The notes beneath the pieces were generated by a model, which saw only the letters and a list, made by a program, of their open reading frames with translations, did no database searches and was not told where the DNA came from. This document shows positions 1 through 14,142 of a stretch of 64,000 nucleotides of DNA, one piece after another. Where the stretch lies: positions 25,544,001 to 25,608,000 of the forward strand of contig NC_082735.1 in NCBI RefSeq assembly GCF_030144855.1. Direction: 5' to 3'. Made by a program: the position numbers and the translations under genes. The stretch's first letter is position 1; each line of letters begins with the position of its first letter. This DNA comes from Hypanus sabinus (lineage: Eukaryota).

Positions 1-48
1 ATGATGGAATCAAAGGAGCCTGATGCCCAGTAGAACAACATGTATTTA

Positions 49-839
49 CAATGCTGTGCAAAAGTCTTAGGCATATATAGCTTGGGTGCCTAGGACTTTT
101 GCACGGTACTGTATTTGTCGACGTGGAGCAGAGAGCAAGATTGTAAATCTGGCGGGAGTAAAGGATGTTGAGAATGGTGAGGGTGGGGTATCACAGGAGG
201 GGTTGAGAGTTAAGGGGCAAAAGTTTAGGGGTAACACCAGGGGGAACTTCTTTACTCAGAGAGTGGTAGCTGTGTGGAACGAGCTTCCAGTAGAAGTGGT
301 AGAGGCAGGTTTGATTTTGTCATTTAAAAACAAAATTGTATAGGTATATGGACAGGAAAGGAATGGAGGGTTATGGGCTGAGTGCAGGTCGGTGGGACTA
401 GGTGAGAGTAAGCGTTTGGCATGGACTAGAAGGGCCAAGATGGCCTGTTTCCGTGCTGTAATAGTTATATGTTATATGGGTGTGGGACAGTGGCAGAGAA
501 GGAGTGCCGGGGCAGGGGGTGCCGTGGATACAGATACAAACAGCCTTGAGACACCAGGCAAGGTGATTAGATTCCAAACAGTTGGTTTATTGATCATTAC
601 AGAAGGTCTCTCTGGTGCTTCCCTCCTCCCTTCCCCTTTTCCCAACCATGATTCCCCTCTCCCTGTCCCCTTCCCACTCTCAGTCTACAATAGAGACCCA
701 TATCAAAATCAAGTTTATCATCACCCACGTCATGAAATTTGTTTTTTTTTTGCGGCAGCAGTAACGTGTAATACATAAAATATCTACAAGTATTGTGCAA
801 AAGCCTTGGGCACCTTAGCCAAATATATATACCTTAGAC
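49..839. mobile_element. Composite non-autonomous element: two ~65-bp Tc1-type mini-palindromes flanking a ~400-bp core; interrupted by a CR1 3' fragment
   Basis: TA|CAATGCTGTGCAAAAGTCTTAGGCA...GTGCCTAGGACTTTTGCACGGTACTG|TA at 49-111; a second, truncated palindrome at ~788-839. The core matches the reverse complement of 42260-42625. Confidence 0.7.
189..477 (+). mobile_element. CR1-clade LINE, 3' fragment
   Basis: Translates to the CR1 ORF2 C-terminus (RGNFFTQRVVAVWNELPVEVVEA), followed by a 3' UTR and short tandem tail (GTTATAT)2. Confidence 0.8.
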
Positions 840-996
840 AATATTTGTGTTCCTACCATGAAAGACAACCATTAGTGCACAACTTCAAAAATATCATGAG
901 GTACAGGATAGGCTACGTGGACTTGATAGTCTCAAAAGATCCTTCTTTCATTCACTTCACGATGACCGAGTACACAAAGGAAAACAAGTAACTACA

Positions 997-2635
<1,639 letters not shown>

Positions 2636-3102
2636 TATTTGACTTCACTTTAAAAGTTAGACATCTCCTCAAAGTTATCTCAAAGTATTGTAGTCACTAT
2701 CAGTGCATTTAATGATCAGGAAAGGCACAATGGCAAAATAATTAATGAATATTGTATTTAAATATATATTTAAAAACTGAATGTCTGAATTAGACACACT
2801 TCACTGTAGGTTGTGATGTACATGTGACAAATAAAGTTAATCTTTAGTCTTTAACAGGGATTGTTCTGAGCAGTGCTGTCTGTCACCATTTTGACCAAAG
2901 TGCAGCTCTCACACTCAGCGTGACCTCACGTTGCACTGATCTGTCGCAGTACCTCTGGTTGCCCACTGACAGGTACGGCCCTCACTAAAGGGGCATCTAC
3001 TCTGACTGAGCGCTGATGTCCATGAGCCTGATGTGAGCTCTTGGTCTCCCTGTTGTTGCACGTTGCTGTGCCTGAAACCCGGTGCAATGATCTTGGGAAG
3101 AT

Positions 3103-3167
3103 GAGTCACTGATAACTCAGTGTTGAAAGTTAGAGTCACTGATAACTCAGTGTTGAAAGTTAGAGTC
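3103..3167. repeat. Perfect 30-bp tandem duplication
   Basis: GAGTCACTGATAACTCAGTGTTGAAAGTTA x2, followed by GAGTC. Confidence 0.95.
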
Positions 3168-3419
3168 CCAGATCATACAGCTCAGAAACGGGCCCTTTGG
3201 TCAGATTCGCCATGACAACCAAGATTCCCAGTAGAGGCCGACTGTGAGGTCTGCTTTCGGAAGAGTCAGAGTTGGCGGCGTGGCTGCTCGGTGTTGAGGT
3301 GTGGGGCTAGAGGGGGCACAGTGAATGTGGGCCATTACCAGGGACTGGCAGTGACTGCTCCATGTGTCGACAGACCACCCAACTTCTCTTGCTGGACATC
3401 ATGGAAACCTCCAATTGGT

Positions 3420-3585
3420 TGACTGTGGCCAAGCGGTTAAGGCTTCGGGCTGGCGATCTGAAGGTCATTAGTTCGAGCCTCACCCAAGGCAGCGTCTGTG
3501 TCCTTGATCAAGGCACTTAACCACACACTGCTCCTGCACTTTTATAGCCCAATGGCGGCGGCAGTTGGATTAGTATGGACAAGAC
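3420..3585 (+). mobile_element. tRNA-derived SINE (CORE-like central block)
   Basis: A-box TGGCCAAGCGG, B-box AGTTCGAGCC, then GTGTCCTTGATCAAGGCACTTAACC. A related copy lies on the minus strand at ~36480-36775. Confidence 0.7.
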
Positions 3586-4540
3586 AGTTCTGTTCTTATT
3601 ACCATGGAGAAATCTCTGGTTCAGGGGAGCCGTGCATTTAGTAGAGAAAGAGAAACAGCAGCTTCCATCACACAGGAGCCTGCCCAGAACCAGTCCTCAC
3701 AGTTAGCCTCAGTACACTGAGTGACCGGGAGATACACTGATGGATTTATGCCAGCTTCTGAGAATAGGACTACTCTAAGAAACATGTCTGTGCTGGAGAG
3801 CACTCAGTAGACTCACTGCTCATGCATACACATATTGAATTACAGTGCAATTAAATTATTAAATAAGCTTACGTATAACGTGAAACTGTAAAATTGAGAT
3901 TATTGAACAGGCCGTTAAATTTTATCAAGAGCAGTCTTTACTAGTGATGAAATGAGAGTAATGTGGAAACTTACAACATGGTTTTGAGGTACATTTCCAT
4001 ATCAAGGTAGTAGAGGAATTGGAGAGGCATCAATATAGACCATGTTTTGCAGTACACTCTGTGAAATTCACATGCAGCAAGGCATCTTCATGCAAAATTA
4101 GACCTGCTAGAACTTTTTTTTTTGCACATGAGAAACTTGTCAATTGGAGCACAGATTGTGAGGAGAGTTCGGAAGGGGAACTGGAGTTGATGGAGTTGAC
4201 TATTTTAACCAGTCTCATAGGAAGACTGGGAACACTTGATAGTTTTGCTAAACGCTGCACTAGTACAAAGTGACTAACTCATCAATATCTATTTACTTAA
4301 ATTCTTTAGAGAAACTTGCTGCATCCATTAAAAACTGATCACATTGAAGAAATTCTTATCAGTCAAAGCTAAGTTGTTCCATAAGTCATGTAACAGTAAT
4401 GTCAAAAACTGGAAGAATGAATGGAGTAATCTTTCTTCAGATATGGTAAGATAAACTTGGTTTTAAATACAGGGATGTCTAGAGACAGGGTATGAAGGTA
4501 CACATATTGTTCAAAGTAAGACTAGCGGGTGAAAACCCTA

Positions 4541-5040
4541 AGACCATAAGACATAGGAGCAGAATTAGGCCATCAGCACATTGAGTCTGCTCCGCCATTC
4601 CATCATGGCTGATCCTGGATATCGTTCAACCCCCATACATCTGCCTTCTCACACAGCTCTTGATGCCATGTGCGATCTGCCTTAAATATACACACGGACT
4701 TGACCTCCACCGTAGTCTGTGGCAGAGCATTCCACAGATTTACTACTCTCTGGCTTCCTCCGTTTTGAAGGGCCGCCCCTCAATTTTGAGGCTCTGCCCT
4801 CTAGTTCTGGATACCACCATCATAGGAAACATCCTCTCCACATCCACCTTATCCAGTCCTTTCAACATTCGGTAGGTTTCAATGAGATCCCCCTCCCAAC
4901 ATTCTCCTAAATTTCAGTGAGTACAGGCACAAAGCTGCCAAATGTTCCTCATATGTTAACCCCTTCATTCGTGGAATCGTCTGCATGACCCTCCTCTGGA
5001 CTCTCTCCAATGACAACACACCCTTTCTGAGATATGGGGT
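4541..5040 (-). mobile_element. CR1-clade LINE, 3' fragment
   Basis: Reverse-complement CR1 3' end with tail TAAGACCATAAGACATAGG; same family as 27733+ and 34775+. Confidence 0.75.
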
Positions 5041-6304
5041 ACAACTAAGAAATCGTCAGGTGGACAACTGCAGTTTATATACCAAGGCATTAAGTTTAAA
5101 AGCATGAAAGCTTTCAAATTGAAATCCTGGACAAGGTCTTTTTTTTATCACCTTTAGAAACTATTCTGCTGCTGAGATCCCAATACAGAAAATGTTGAAA
5201 TACTGAGATTTATATAAATGTAAAAGATTTCTGTGGGCAATAGTTCACAGGAGGAAAATTTTGTTGGAAGAAATTTGTTTTTAGTGAACTGTGGGGTAAT
5301 AATCTTTCAAATGTTAGAAATTGTTTGGAGGGTAAAATCTATAGGAGTTTGTGGCATTATAGGGTTCAGAGCTGGCAAAGGACACCTTGGAATTACTGAG
5401 ACCCCAGCAGGCAGGGAGATTGCAGTGTTCCAAAGGACCCTGCAAGGCCTCTGTAGGACAGAAAAAAATGTACCAACAATCACAGGACAAATAAGCACAG
5501 TGAGGGTGGGTCACATGATTGAAACTTGGTCAATATCCAGGTGAGGACATAAATGAAACAACTTTACAGCCCTGTGAACTATTCCAGAGAACAAATTAAG
5601 CAGGTAAGGCTATTTTAGGTGTGATAGATTATGAAATCATAAACACCGAAAGCAAGAGCAGATGTGATCGTGGTGTGGTACATGTGGGAGATTGAAGGAG
5701 TTAAAATGAGTTAAGACAGCACTTGTGGTCATATAATTGACTGTAAAAAGAATTATGTAAGGTACGGAAAGTACCGATGTTATAAATCGATACCTTTTGA
5801 GATAACTTCACAAGCCAAAGAAACCATGTGCAACGGAGTGTTGGCAACACAGAACAATTAGTTTAATGAGCCACCTCACAAAAATTCCACTTAGAATCAT
5901 CATGCTCAGAATAAGAAACAAAATTAAAGCAGAGATCAGTGAAGAACAGTGCGGCTTTGTCAAAGGCAAGGGAACCACAAACTCCACCTATATTCTCAGG
6001 AATATTATCAAAAGGTCAATAAAAGTACAACAAGACCTATACTTCTGTTTCATTGACTACACAAAAGCCTTTGACACAGTGAAACACCAAGTCATCATGA
6101 AAATGCTTAGATATTAATATTGACGGAAAAGATCTAAGAATAATCAGGAATCTCTGCTGGCAACAAAGTGCAGCCATACGGATAGACAACGAGTTTGGTG
6201 AATATCAGCCAATAAAGCGAGGAGTCAGACAGGGTTGTGTTCTATCACCAGACCTGTTCTCCCTGTACAGCGAAAACATCATAGGAACTATACAAGACCT
6301 ACCT

Positions 6305-7172
6305 AACATGCTTTAATACAATTTAAAATTGTACATAGAGCTTATATGTCTAAAGATAAACTTGCTCGATTTTATTCTCATATTAACCCTCAATGTGACA
6401 GATGTCATTCAGAAGTGGCTTTACTGACCCACATGTTTTGGTCATGTCCCACTTTACATAACTATTGGAAGGACATATTCATTACCATTTCCTCAATTTG
6501 GAACATCGATTTACAACCTCACTTTATTACTGCAATCTTTGGTATACCAAATGAGGATGGTAATCAGTTTTCTCCTTCAATCAGATGAATGATTGCTTTT
6601 GTAACATTAATGGCCAGAAGGTCTATATTACAAAATTGGAAAGAAGTAAATCCTCCTACCATGTCTCAGTGGCTTTTTCAAACTATTTCTTATCTGAGTT
6701 TGGAAAAAATTAGAAGTACTATTTTTGACTCGTCAATTAAATTTGAAGAAACTTGGGGACCGTTCATCCGACATTTTCATATGAATTAATTTGGCCTTTC
6801 CCAGACCTTCTCTCTGTTTATTCATGTTCAGGTATGGAGTTCCGGAGTTCTTTGACACTATCATATACTTATAAACTGTTATTATTGCCCATGTTAGTTT
6901 TAGTTTAGTGTTTGTTTCATATATATATTTTCTTTCACACATTTTTAATTTTTTTTTCTTTTTCTTTTGATGATTATTTTTGTTTTTTTTTCATATATAA
7001 TTATATAGACTCGATTGATTAATGTACTTTTTTTGTTGATGTTTAATAGGATATTATTATCCTATTATCAATGTAATCTCAAGTCTATTGTATTCATAAC
7101 CTATTCATTATTATGTTATGTTTTTTTTATATTTATATGAAACTCAATAAAAAGATTGAAAAAGAAAGAAAG
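6305..7172 (+). mobile_element. L1-clade LINE 3' fragment inserted in the RTE
   Basis: ORF2 C-terminal CCHC (CDRC..THMFWSC), AATAAA at 7146, GAAA tail. TSD AAGACCTACCT at 6294-6304 and 7173-7183. Confidence 0.9.
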
Positions 7173-7839
7173 AAGACCTACCTGGAATAAGTTTAGGTGG
7201 ATACAATATCAACAACCTCCATTATGCGGATGATACAATACTGATAGAAACAGTGAAATAAGTTTACAGAAACTAGTATCTACCATCAACGCAGAGAGCG
7301 AAAGACTTGACCTAACCTTAAACAAAAAGAAAACTGAAGTAATGGGAATATCAAAGAAACCTGATATCTGAACTGTAAGATCGTATTGGGAAATGAAATC
7401 CTGAAATGAAACAGATGTAAAAGCAAGAATAGCAATGACAAGAACAGCATTTCCAGAAATGAGAAACACCCTAATGAACAAGAAAAGAGCAATTGACATC
7501 GGCCTTGGAACTCTCAGCTGCTACATTCTTCTGAAATTGATGTATGGCTGTGAGTCATGGACCATCACAAATGCAATGGAAAAAAAGAATCAATGGAGCA
7601 GGGACGTGGTTCCTCGGAAGAATGCTATCATATTGTATACGGACAGGATCACCAATGAAGAAGTTCTACAGAGAATGAAAACAAAATGCTCATTATTTAA
7701 AAAAATCAGAAAACAGCAATTCTTTGGACACATCATGCGGAGAGAGACATTAGACCATTTAATTACAACAGGAAAGCTGGAAGGAAGCAGAAGCAGAGGC
7801 AGAGAATGAGAATGATAGATGGAGTAACATCATGGTTAG

Positions 7840-8746
7840 TGTTACGAATGAGGAGCAACTCTGATGGGCAGAAGGGTGCGAAGTCGCCCCCCCCCTTTTG
7901 AGAATCACAAAATCGCTACTATTTCGGGTCTGATACCAAGGAAATGAGAGAGATAACAGCAAAAGATAGTTGTTATTGATAAACAGCTCATGTCAGTTAA
8001 TGAGAGAGAGACAATGCAGAGATACACAAAGTGGAATGTCTCCTCCTACAAAAGTGGAACGGAACCACTGGTTACTGCTATTGTCTCTTGGAGAAGGATT
8101 GTGTATTGAGTACTGTTCTATTCATTGAAACCCCTCAGGGGGCAACCAGAGGGGGCGGGTTTGATGGGTTGCATCATCCCAACCTGATTGACACCTGAGA
8201 CCCCGTGAGTGGGGATAAAAGTAAAGTCTGGGGAACACCCCTCAGATGCACCAGGAGAGATGCTACGAGACCGGTGGGGGCTTGTGTGTGTGTCCACCCT
8301 TGCCTGGGTGATGAGTCCTTCATGGAATGGCCTAGCTAAAGGGCGGAGGGGTCATATGTGAATGGCCACAACAACAATAATCACTGGATCAAGATCATAA
8401 AGGAAAGTCGGCAAGTCAATAGCTGTTACTCTCTCTCCAACAATTGCAACACAGTGACCAACAACTATCGCAGCCTGCATGAACTGAACTGAACTGAACT
8501 GAACTTTGTATTTCCATCGGACAATTCATTATCCCCTATACAACAATAGAGCTTATTTCTTATTGATTATTATTATTATACCCGCACTTTTAGGTTTAGT
8601 ATTGATGACGTATATTATCTGTATATTTGCATTGATATTATTTTTGTGTATTTTTACTAATAAATACTGTTGAAAATAGTATCACCAGACTCCAAAGGAT
8701 ACTCCTATCTTTGCTGGTAAGACACCCAGTTACTGGGTTCATAACA
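7840..8746 (+). mobile_element. Solo LTR (907 bp) inserted in the RTE 3' end
   Basis: TGTTACG...CATAACA termini, 4-bp TSD TTAG, AATAAA near the 3' end; homologous to 9152-9917. Confidence 0.88.
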
Positions 8747-9151
8747 TTAGAAACAGGGGAGGCAACAACTACAATTCGGAGGGTCAGGGACCATGGCGGA
8801 TGGAGAGAACGGCAAGGCACCTGAATGATGATGAGATAACTGACTAGAGTAACTCCACAGACAAACCATTGCAAGACGACCCTGAGGAAGGGACTTGGTG
8901 AAAAACCTGCCAGTTTGAAACCTACCCAGGGTACATCTCAAGCAGATAAAATCTGAATCCAAGGAATAATTCTGGCAATTGGATGTGTATGCATGTGTAT
9001 AATCAAAACTAGTTGTGATTACTTGCCCACAACTAAGGGGTTAATGAAGAAACTTGATTGAAATACGCCATAGACTAATACAGCACAGGTTCTTCAGACC
9101 ACCATATCTGTACTGACCATGATGCTAATCTGTCTAATCCTGTCTACCTGT

Positions 9152-9917
9152 TGTTATGAATGCACCACAGCTCTGAGGGGCCGAAGGGTGCGGGGTAGCC
9201 CCCTCCTTTGTGAGAATCGCAAGAGCATTATGGGTTGGGTCAGAGGACCCAGGAAATGAGAGAGAGACATGGCCATTGTCTCCTGGAGGCAACGTTTGTG
9301 GATTGGGGACAATGCTACGTGCAAGCCCTCGGGCGAAGTGGGCTGGTTGAGAGAGAGATTGCATCACCCCAACCTGATTGACATCTGAGACCCCGTGAGG
9401 AAGTATAAAAGAGGGTCTGGGGAACAACCCCTTCAGACGCACCAAAAGAAATGCTAGCGATCCCGTAATAGCGGGAAGCCATTTGAAGGAAGCCACGTGC
9501 GTTTGGTTCCCTTGCCTGGGGGCTGGTGGCTGGTACCACGGAAAACGACTTGGAACTAACAATGGGGAACCAACTCCCCCGACTCAATGGATTGGCCTCA
9601 TAAAAGACCCGGGCAAGTTTAAAACCGTCTCTCTCTTAAACCCAAAAGCTGCAACTTGAAAGGACAGTGACTTTTATCTTTCCATCGGACAATACAATAT
9701 CCCCTAGACAAACGATAGAGCTATTGCTTAATTGATGATTATTATTATACCCGCGTTTTTAGATTGAGTATTGACGATGTATATTATCTGAATGTCTGTA
9801 TTAATCTTATTTTAGTGCCCCTTTATAAATAAATACTGTTAAAAATAGTACCATCAGACTTCAACGGACCTCTCTATCTTTGCTGGTAAGTGATCCAGTT
9901 ACGGGAATTTCATAACA
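9152..9917 (+). mobile_element. Solo LTR (766 bp), same family as 7840-8746
   Basis: TGTTATG...CATAACA termini, TSD CTGT, TATAAAA at ~9404, AATAAA at ~9828. Confidence 0.88.
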
Positions 9918-10029
9918 CTGTACATAGAGTATCCTTTTAGCGAACTGTTCATCTGTCTATTTAAATACCTCTTCGGTAATGTTCCTGTATTTGCTTCTGC
10001 CACCTCCCTGGCAGTGTGGATTCGGCCTA

Positions 10030-10520
10030 GCCCACCGTGGGCAAGGCCCTCCCGACCTCTGAGCACATCTACATGAAGCACTGTCACTGGAAAGCAGCAC
10101 CCACCATCAGGAATCCCACATCCTTCTCACTGCCACTATCAGGTAGACGGTACAAGAGCCTCAGGACGCACACCACCAGGTTCAGGAATGGTTACTACCC
10201 TTCAGCTGTCAGGCTTGTGAACAAAAGGGGCAAACTGCACTTGCCCCATCGTTGACATGTTCTCACAAGCAATGGACTCACTTTCAAGGTCTCTTCATTT
10301 CATTTCTTGATATTTATTGCTATTTATTTAAATTTGCTTTTACACAGTTTGTTGACTTCTGCAGTATGGTTGACCACCCCAGTTGGGCAGTCTTTCATTG
10401 ATTCTGTTATAGTTACTATTCTATAGAGGTTGAGTATGCCCATAAGAAAATAAATCGCAGGGTTGTATATGGTTATAAATATACATACTTTGATAATAAA
10501 ATTTACTTTGAAATTTTGAA
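10030..10520 (+). mobile_element. Rex/Babar-like LINE, 3' fragment
   Basis: LPLSGRRYKSLRTHTTRFRNGYYPSAVRL motif and a 3' UTR ending AATAAA-TTTACTTTGA. Related copies at ~16060-16400 (-), ~16960-17455 (+), ~31900-32600 (+), ~48420-48680 (-), ~50860-51320 (+). Confidence 0.7.
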
Positions 10521-12432
10521 CTCTGAGCGTGTACCAACCTGATTCAAAATTTAAAAGAACAAGCCTCTCAGACATCCTTTATCTTTTACTCCTCCCACTT
10601 CAAATTTATGCCCGCTGGTATTTGACATTTCCATCCCGAGAAGTTACTCTATGTACCTTGTCTAGGCTTGTCATAGTTTAATATATTTCTGTCACATTGC
10701 CCATCAGCCTCTGACACTCTAGTATAAAAAGTTCCTCCAGCCTCTTCTTGTAGCTAATGTGGCAACTCGAGTTGCACACAGTTCTTCAAAGGAGGCCTAA
10801 CTTTAGGAAAATAAGAGGCTGCCGATCCTGGAAACTGGAGCCGCAAACGATCCACTGGCGGAATTCAGCAGCATCTGAGGGAGGGGAGGAACTGTTGATG
10901 TTTTGATAGAAACTGTCCTGAGGCAAGGTTTCAACTTGAGGAGTCGACAGGCTTAAGATCGTGATGATCATGTCTCATCATCTGTGGTCAGCGACGATCT
11001 TTACTTGCAGCCAGTACTTCCTATTTTGTGGAGACACTGCTGACATGGCAACCAATGTTGTTGACAAAATCTCCCTTCTGGTTAGAACATAGTCCACACC
11101 TTTATGTCTACTACCAAAGTGCATGACCATGCATTTTCCAACATAGTATTACATTTACCACTGTCTTGTCCATTCCCCTAATCTGTCTAGGTCCTTCTGC
11201 TTCCTACTTGTTTCTTCAACACTACCTGCCCCCCACCAATCTTTGTATCATTTGCAAACTTGGCAACAAAGCCATCTATTCTACCATCTAAATCATTTAT
11301 ATACAGCAGAAAAAGAACTGGCCCCAACACAGACCCCTGCAGAACACCACTAGTCACTGGCAGCCAACTAGACAAGAAGGTAGACCCATTGTCTCAGCTT
11401 GCTCCTGCCCCACTGAACTCATTTCTGCATACCTTGACACTGTTTTATCCCCCCCTTTGTTCAATCCCTTCCCACCTATGTTCATGACACTTCTCATGCT
11501 TTGAATTTTTTCAATGATTTTAAGTACCCTGGCCCCCACCGCCTTATTTTCACCATGGACGTCCAGTCCCGATATACCTCCATCCCACATCAGGAAGGTC
11601 TCAAAGCTCTCCGCTTCTTTTTGGATTCCAGACCTAACCAATTCGCCTCTACCACCACTCTCCTCCGTCTAGCGGAATTAGTTCTTACTCTCAATAATTT
11701 CTCCTTTGGCTCCTCTCACTTCCTCCAAACCAAAGGTGTAGCCATGGGCACCCGCATGGGTCCCAGTTATGCCTGCCTTTTTGTTGGCTTTGTGGAACAA
11801 TCCATGTTCCAAGTCTATATGTGTATCCGTCCCCCTCTTTTCCTTCGCTACATCGACGACTGCATTGGCGCTGCCTCCTGCACACATGCTGAGCTCGTCG
11901 ACTTCATTAACTTTGCCTCCAACTTTCACCCTGCCCTCAAATTTACCTGGTCCATTTCCAACACCACCCTCCCCTTTCTTGATCTTTCTGTCTCCATCTC
12001 TGGAGACGGCCTATCTACTGATATCTATCTACTATAAGCCTACAGACTCTCACAGCTACCTGGACTACTCCTCTTCCCACCCTGTCTCTTACAAAAATGC
12101 CATCCCCTTCTCACAATTCCTCCGTCTCCACCGCATCTGCTCTCAGGATGAGGCTTTTCATTCCGGGACAAAGGAGATGTCTTCCTTTTTTAAACAAAGG
12201 GGCTTCCCTTCTTCCACCATCAACTCTGTTGTCAAACGCATCTCTCCCATTTTACGCACATATGCCCTCACCCCATCCACCCGCCACCCCACTCGGGATA
12301 GGGTTCCCCTTGTCCTCACCTACCACCCCACCAGCCTCTGAGTCCAACATATAATTCTCCGTAACTCCCGCTACCTCCAACGGGATCCCACTACCAAGCA
12401 CATCTTTCTCTCCCCCCCCCCCTTTCTGCTTT

Positions 12433-13283
12433 AGAACCATAGAACACTACAGCACAGAAACAGGCCTTTTGGCCCTTCTTGGCTGTGCCGAACCATTTGT
12501 CTGCCTAATCCCACTGACCTGCACCTGGACCATATCCCTCCATACACCTCTCATCCGTGTACTTGTCCAACTTTTTCTTAAATGTTAAAAGTGAGCCCAC
12601 ATTTACTACTTCATCTGGCAGCTCATTCCACACTCCCACTACTCTCTGTGTGAAGAAGACCCCCACTAATGTTCCCTTTAAACTTTTCCCCCTTCACCCT
12701 TAACCCATGTCCTCTGGTTTATTTTCTCCCCTAGCCTCAGTGGAAAAAGCCTGCATGCATTCACTCTATCTATACCCATCATAATTTGATACATCTCTAT
12801 CAAATCTCCCCTCATTCTTCTACACTCCAGGGAATAAAGTCCTAACCTATTCAACCTTTCTCTGTAACTCAGTTTCTCAAGTCCCGGCAACATCCATGTA
12901 AACCTTCTCTGCACTCTTTCAAACTTATTAATATCTTTCTTGTAATTCGGTGACCAAAACTGCTCACAATACTCCAAGTTCAGCCTTACCAATGCCTTAT
13001 ACAACCTCACCGTAACATTCCAACTCTTCTGCTCAATACTTTGATTAATAAAGGCCAATGTACCAAAAGCTCTCTTTACGACCTGTGACACCACTTTTAA
13101 GGAATTTTGTATCTGTACTCCCAGATCCCTCTGTTCTGCTGCACTCCTCAGTGCCCTACCATTTACCTTGTATGTTCTACCTTGGTTTTTCCTTCCAAAG
13201 TGCAATACCTCACTCTTGTCTGTATTAAACTCCATCTGCCATTTTTCAGCCCATTTTTCCAGCTGGTCCAAATCCCTCTGCAA
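12433..13283 (-). mobile_element. CR1-clade LINE 3' fragment nested in the Penelope-like element
   Basis: 201-aa ORF ([31 protein letters not shown]); TSD GCTTT at 12428-12432 and 13284-13288. Confidence 0.88.
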
Positions 13284-14108
13284 GCTTTCTGCAGGGATCG
13301 CTCTCTATGCAACTCCCTTGTCCACTCGTTCCCCCCCCATCCCTTCCCACCGATCTCTCTCCTGGCACTTATCCTTGTAAACGGAACAAGTGCTACACCT
13401 GCCCTTACACTTCCTCCCTCACCACCATTCAGGGCCCCGGACAGTCCTTCCAGGTGAGGCCACACTTCACCTGTGAGTCGGCCGGTGTGGTATACTGCGT
13501 CCAGTGCTCCTAGTGTGGCCTTTTATATATTGGTGAGACCCGATGCAGACTGGGAGACTGTTTCGCTGAACACCTACGCTCGGTCCGCCACAGAAAGCAG
13601 GATCTCCCAGTGGCCACACATTTTAATTCCACGTCACATTCCCATTCTGATATGTCTATCCATGGCCTCCTCTACTGTCAAGATGAAGCCACACTCAGGT
13701 TGGAGGAACAACAGTTTATATTCCATCTGGGTTGCCTCCAACCTGATGGCATGAACATTGATTTCTCTAACTTCCGTTAATGCCCCTCCTCCCCTTCTTA
13801 CCCCATCTCTGATTTATTTGTTTATTTCCCCCTTTTTTCTCTCTTTCCTTTTTTATTCTTTCTCTCTCTGCCCCTCTCTCAATCACTCCTTGTCTGTACT
13901 CCATCTCCCTCTGGTGCTCCCCTCCCCCTTTCTTTCTCCCTAGGCTTCCCATTCCATGATCCTCTCCCTTCTCCATCTCTGTATCCCTTTGGCCAATCAC
14001 CTTTCCAGCTCTTAGCTTCAGCCCTCCCCCTCCGGTCTTCTCCTATCATTTTGGATCTTCCCCTCCCCCTCCCACTTTCAAATCTCTCACTATCTTTTCT
14101 TTCAGCTA

Positions 14109-14142
14109 GTCCTGACGAAGGGTTTCGGGCCGAAACGTCGAC
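14109..14142 (+). ncRNA. Minimal type-I hammerhead ribozyme motif in the Penelope-like terminus
   Basis: gtc CTGACGA a ggg-tttcgg-gcc GAAA cg TC gac: intact catalytic core, stem I gtc/gac, palindromic ACGT in place of stem III. Confidence 0.7.

Larger units (their letters stand above)
5808..8831 (+). mobile_element. RTE-clade (BovB-like) LINE, 5'-truncated, carrying two nested insertions
   Basis: RT fragments (EEQCGFVKGKGT, CFIDYTKAFDTV, GVRQGCVLSP, YADD; later YGCESWT, FFGHIMRR). Ends in a (TGA)n tail. TSD TGAGATAACT at 5798-5807 and 8832-8841. Confidence 0.9.

Noticed and set aside
3103-3167. CRISPR-like or regulatory repeat
   Set aside because: Only two adjacent copies with no spacer; a simple tandem duplication in eukaryotic DNA.
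3420-3490. tRNA gene
   Set aside because: A/B boxes are present but there is no proper cloverleaf or acceptor stem, and the sequence continues into a SINE body. The same applies to 30740, 38270-38345, 47494 and 61050.
7840-9917. The two LTRs as the ends of one internally deleted provirus or TRIM
   Set aside because: Each has its own distinct TSD, and the spacer contains the RTE tail and host DNA rather than a PBS/PPT.
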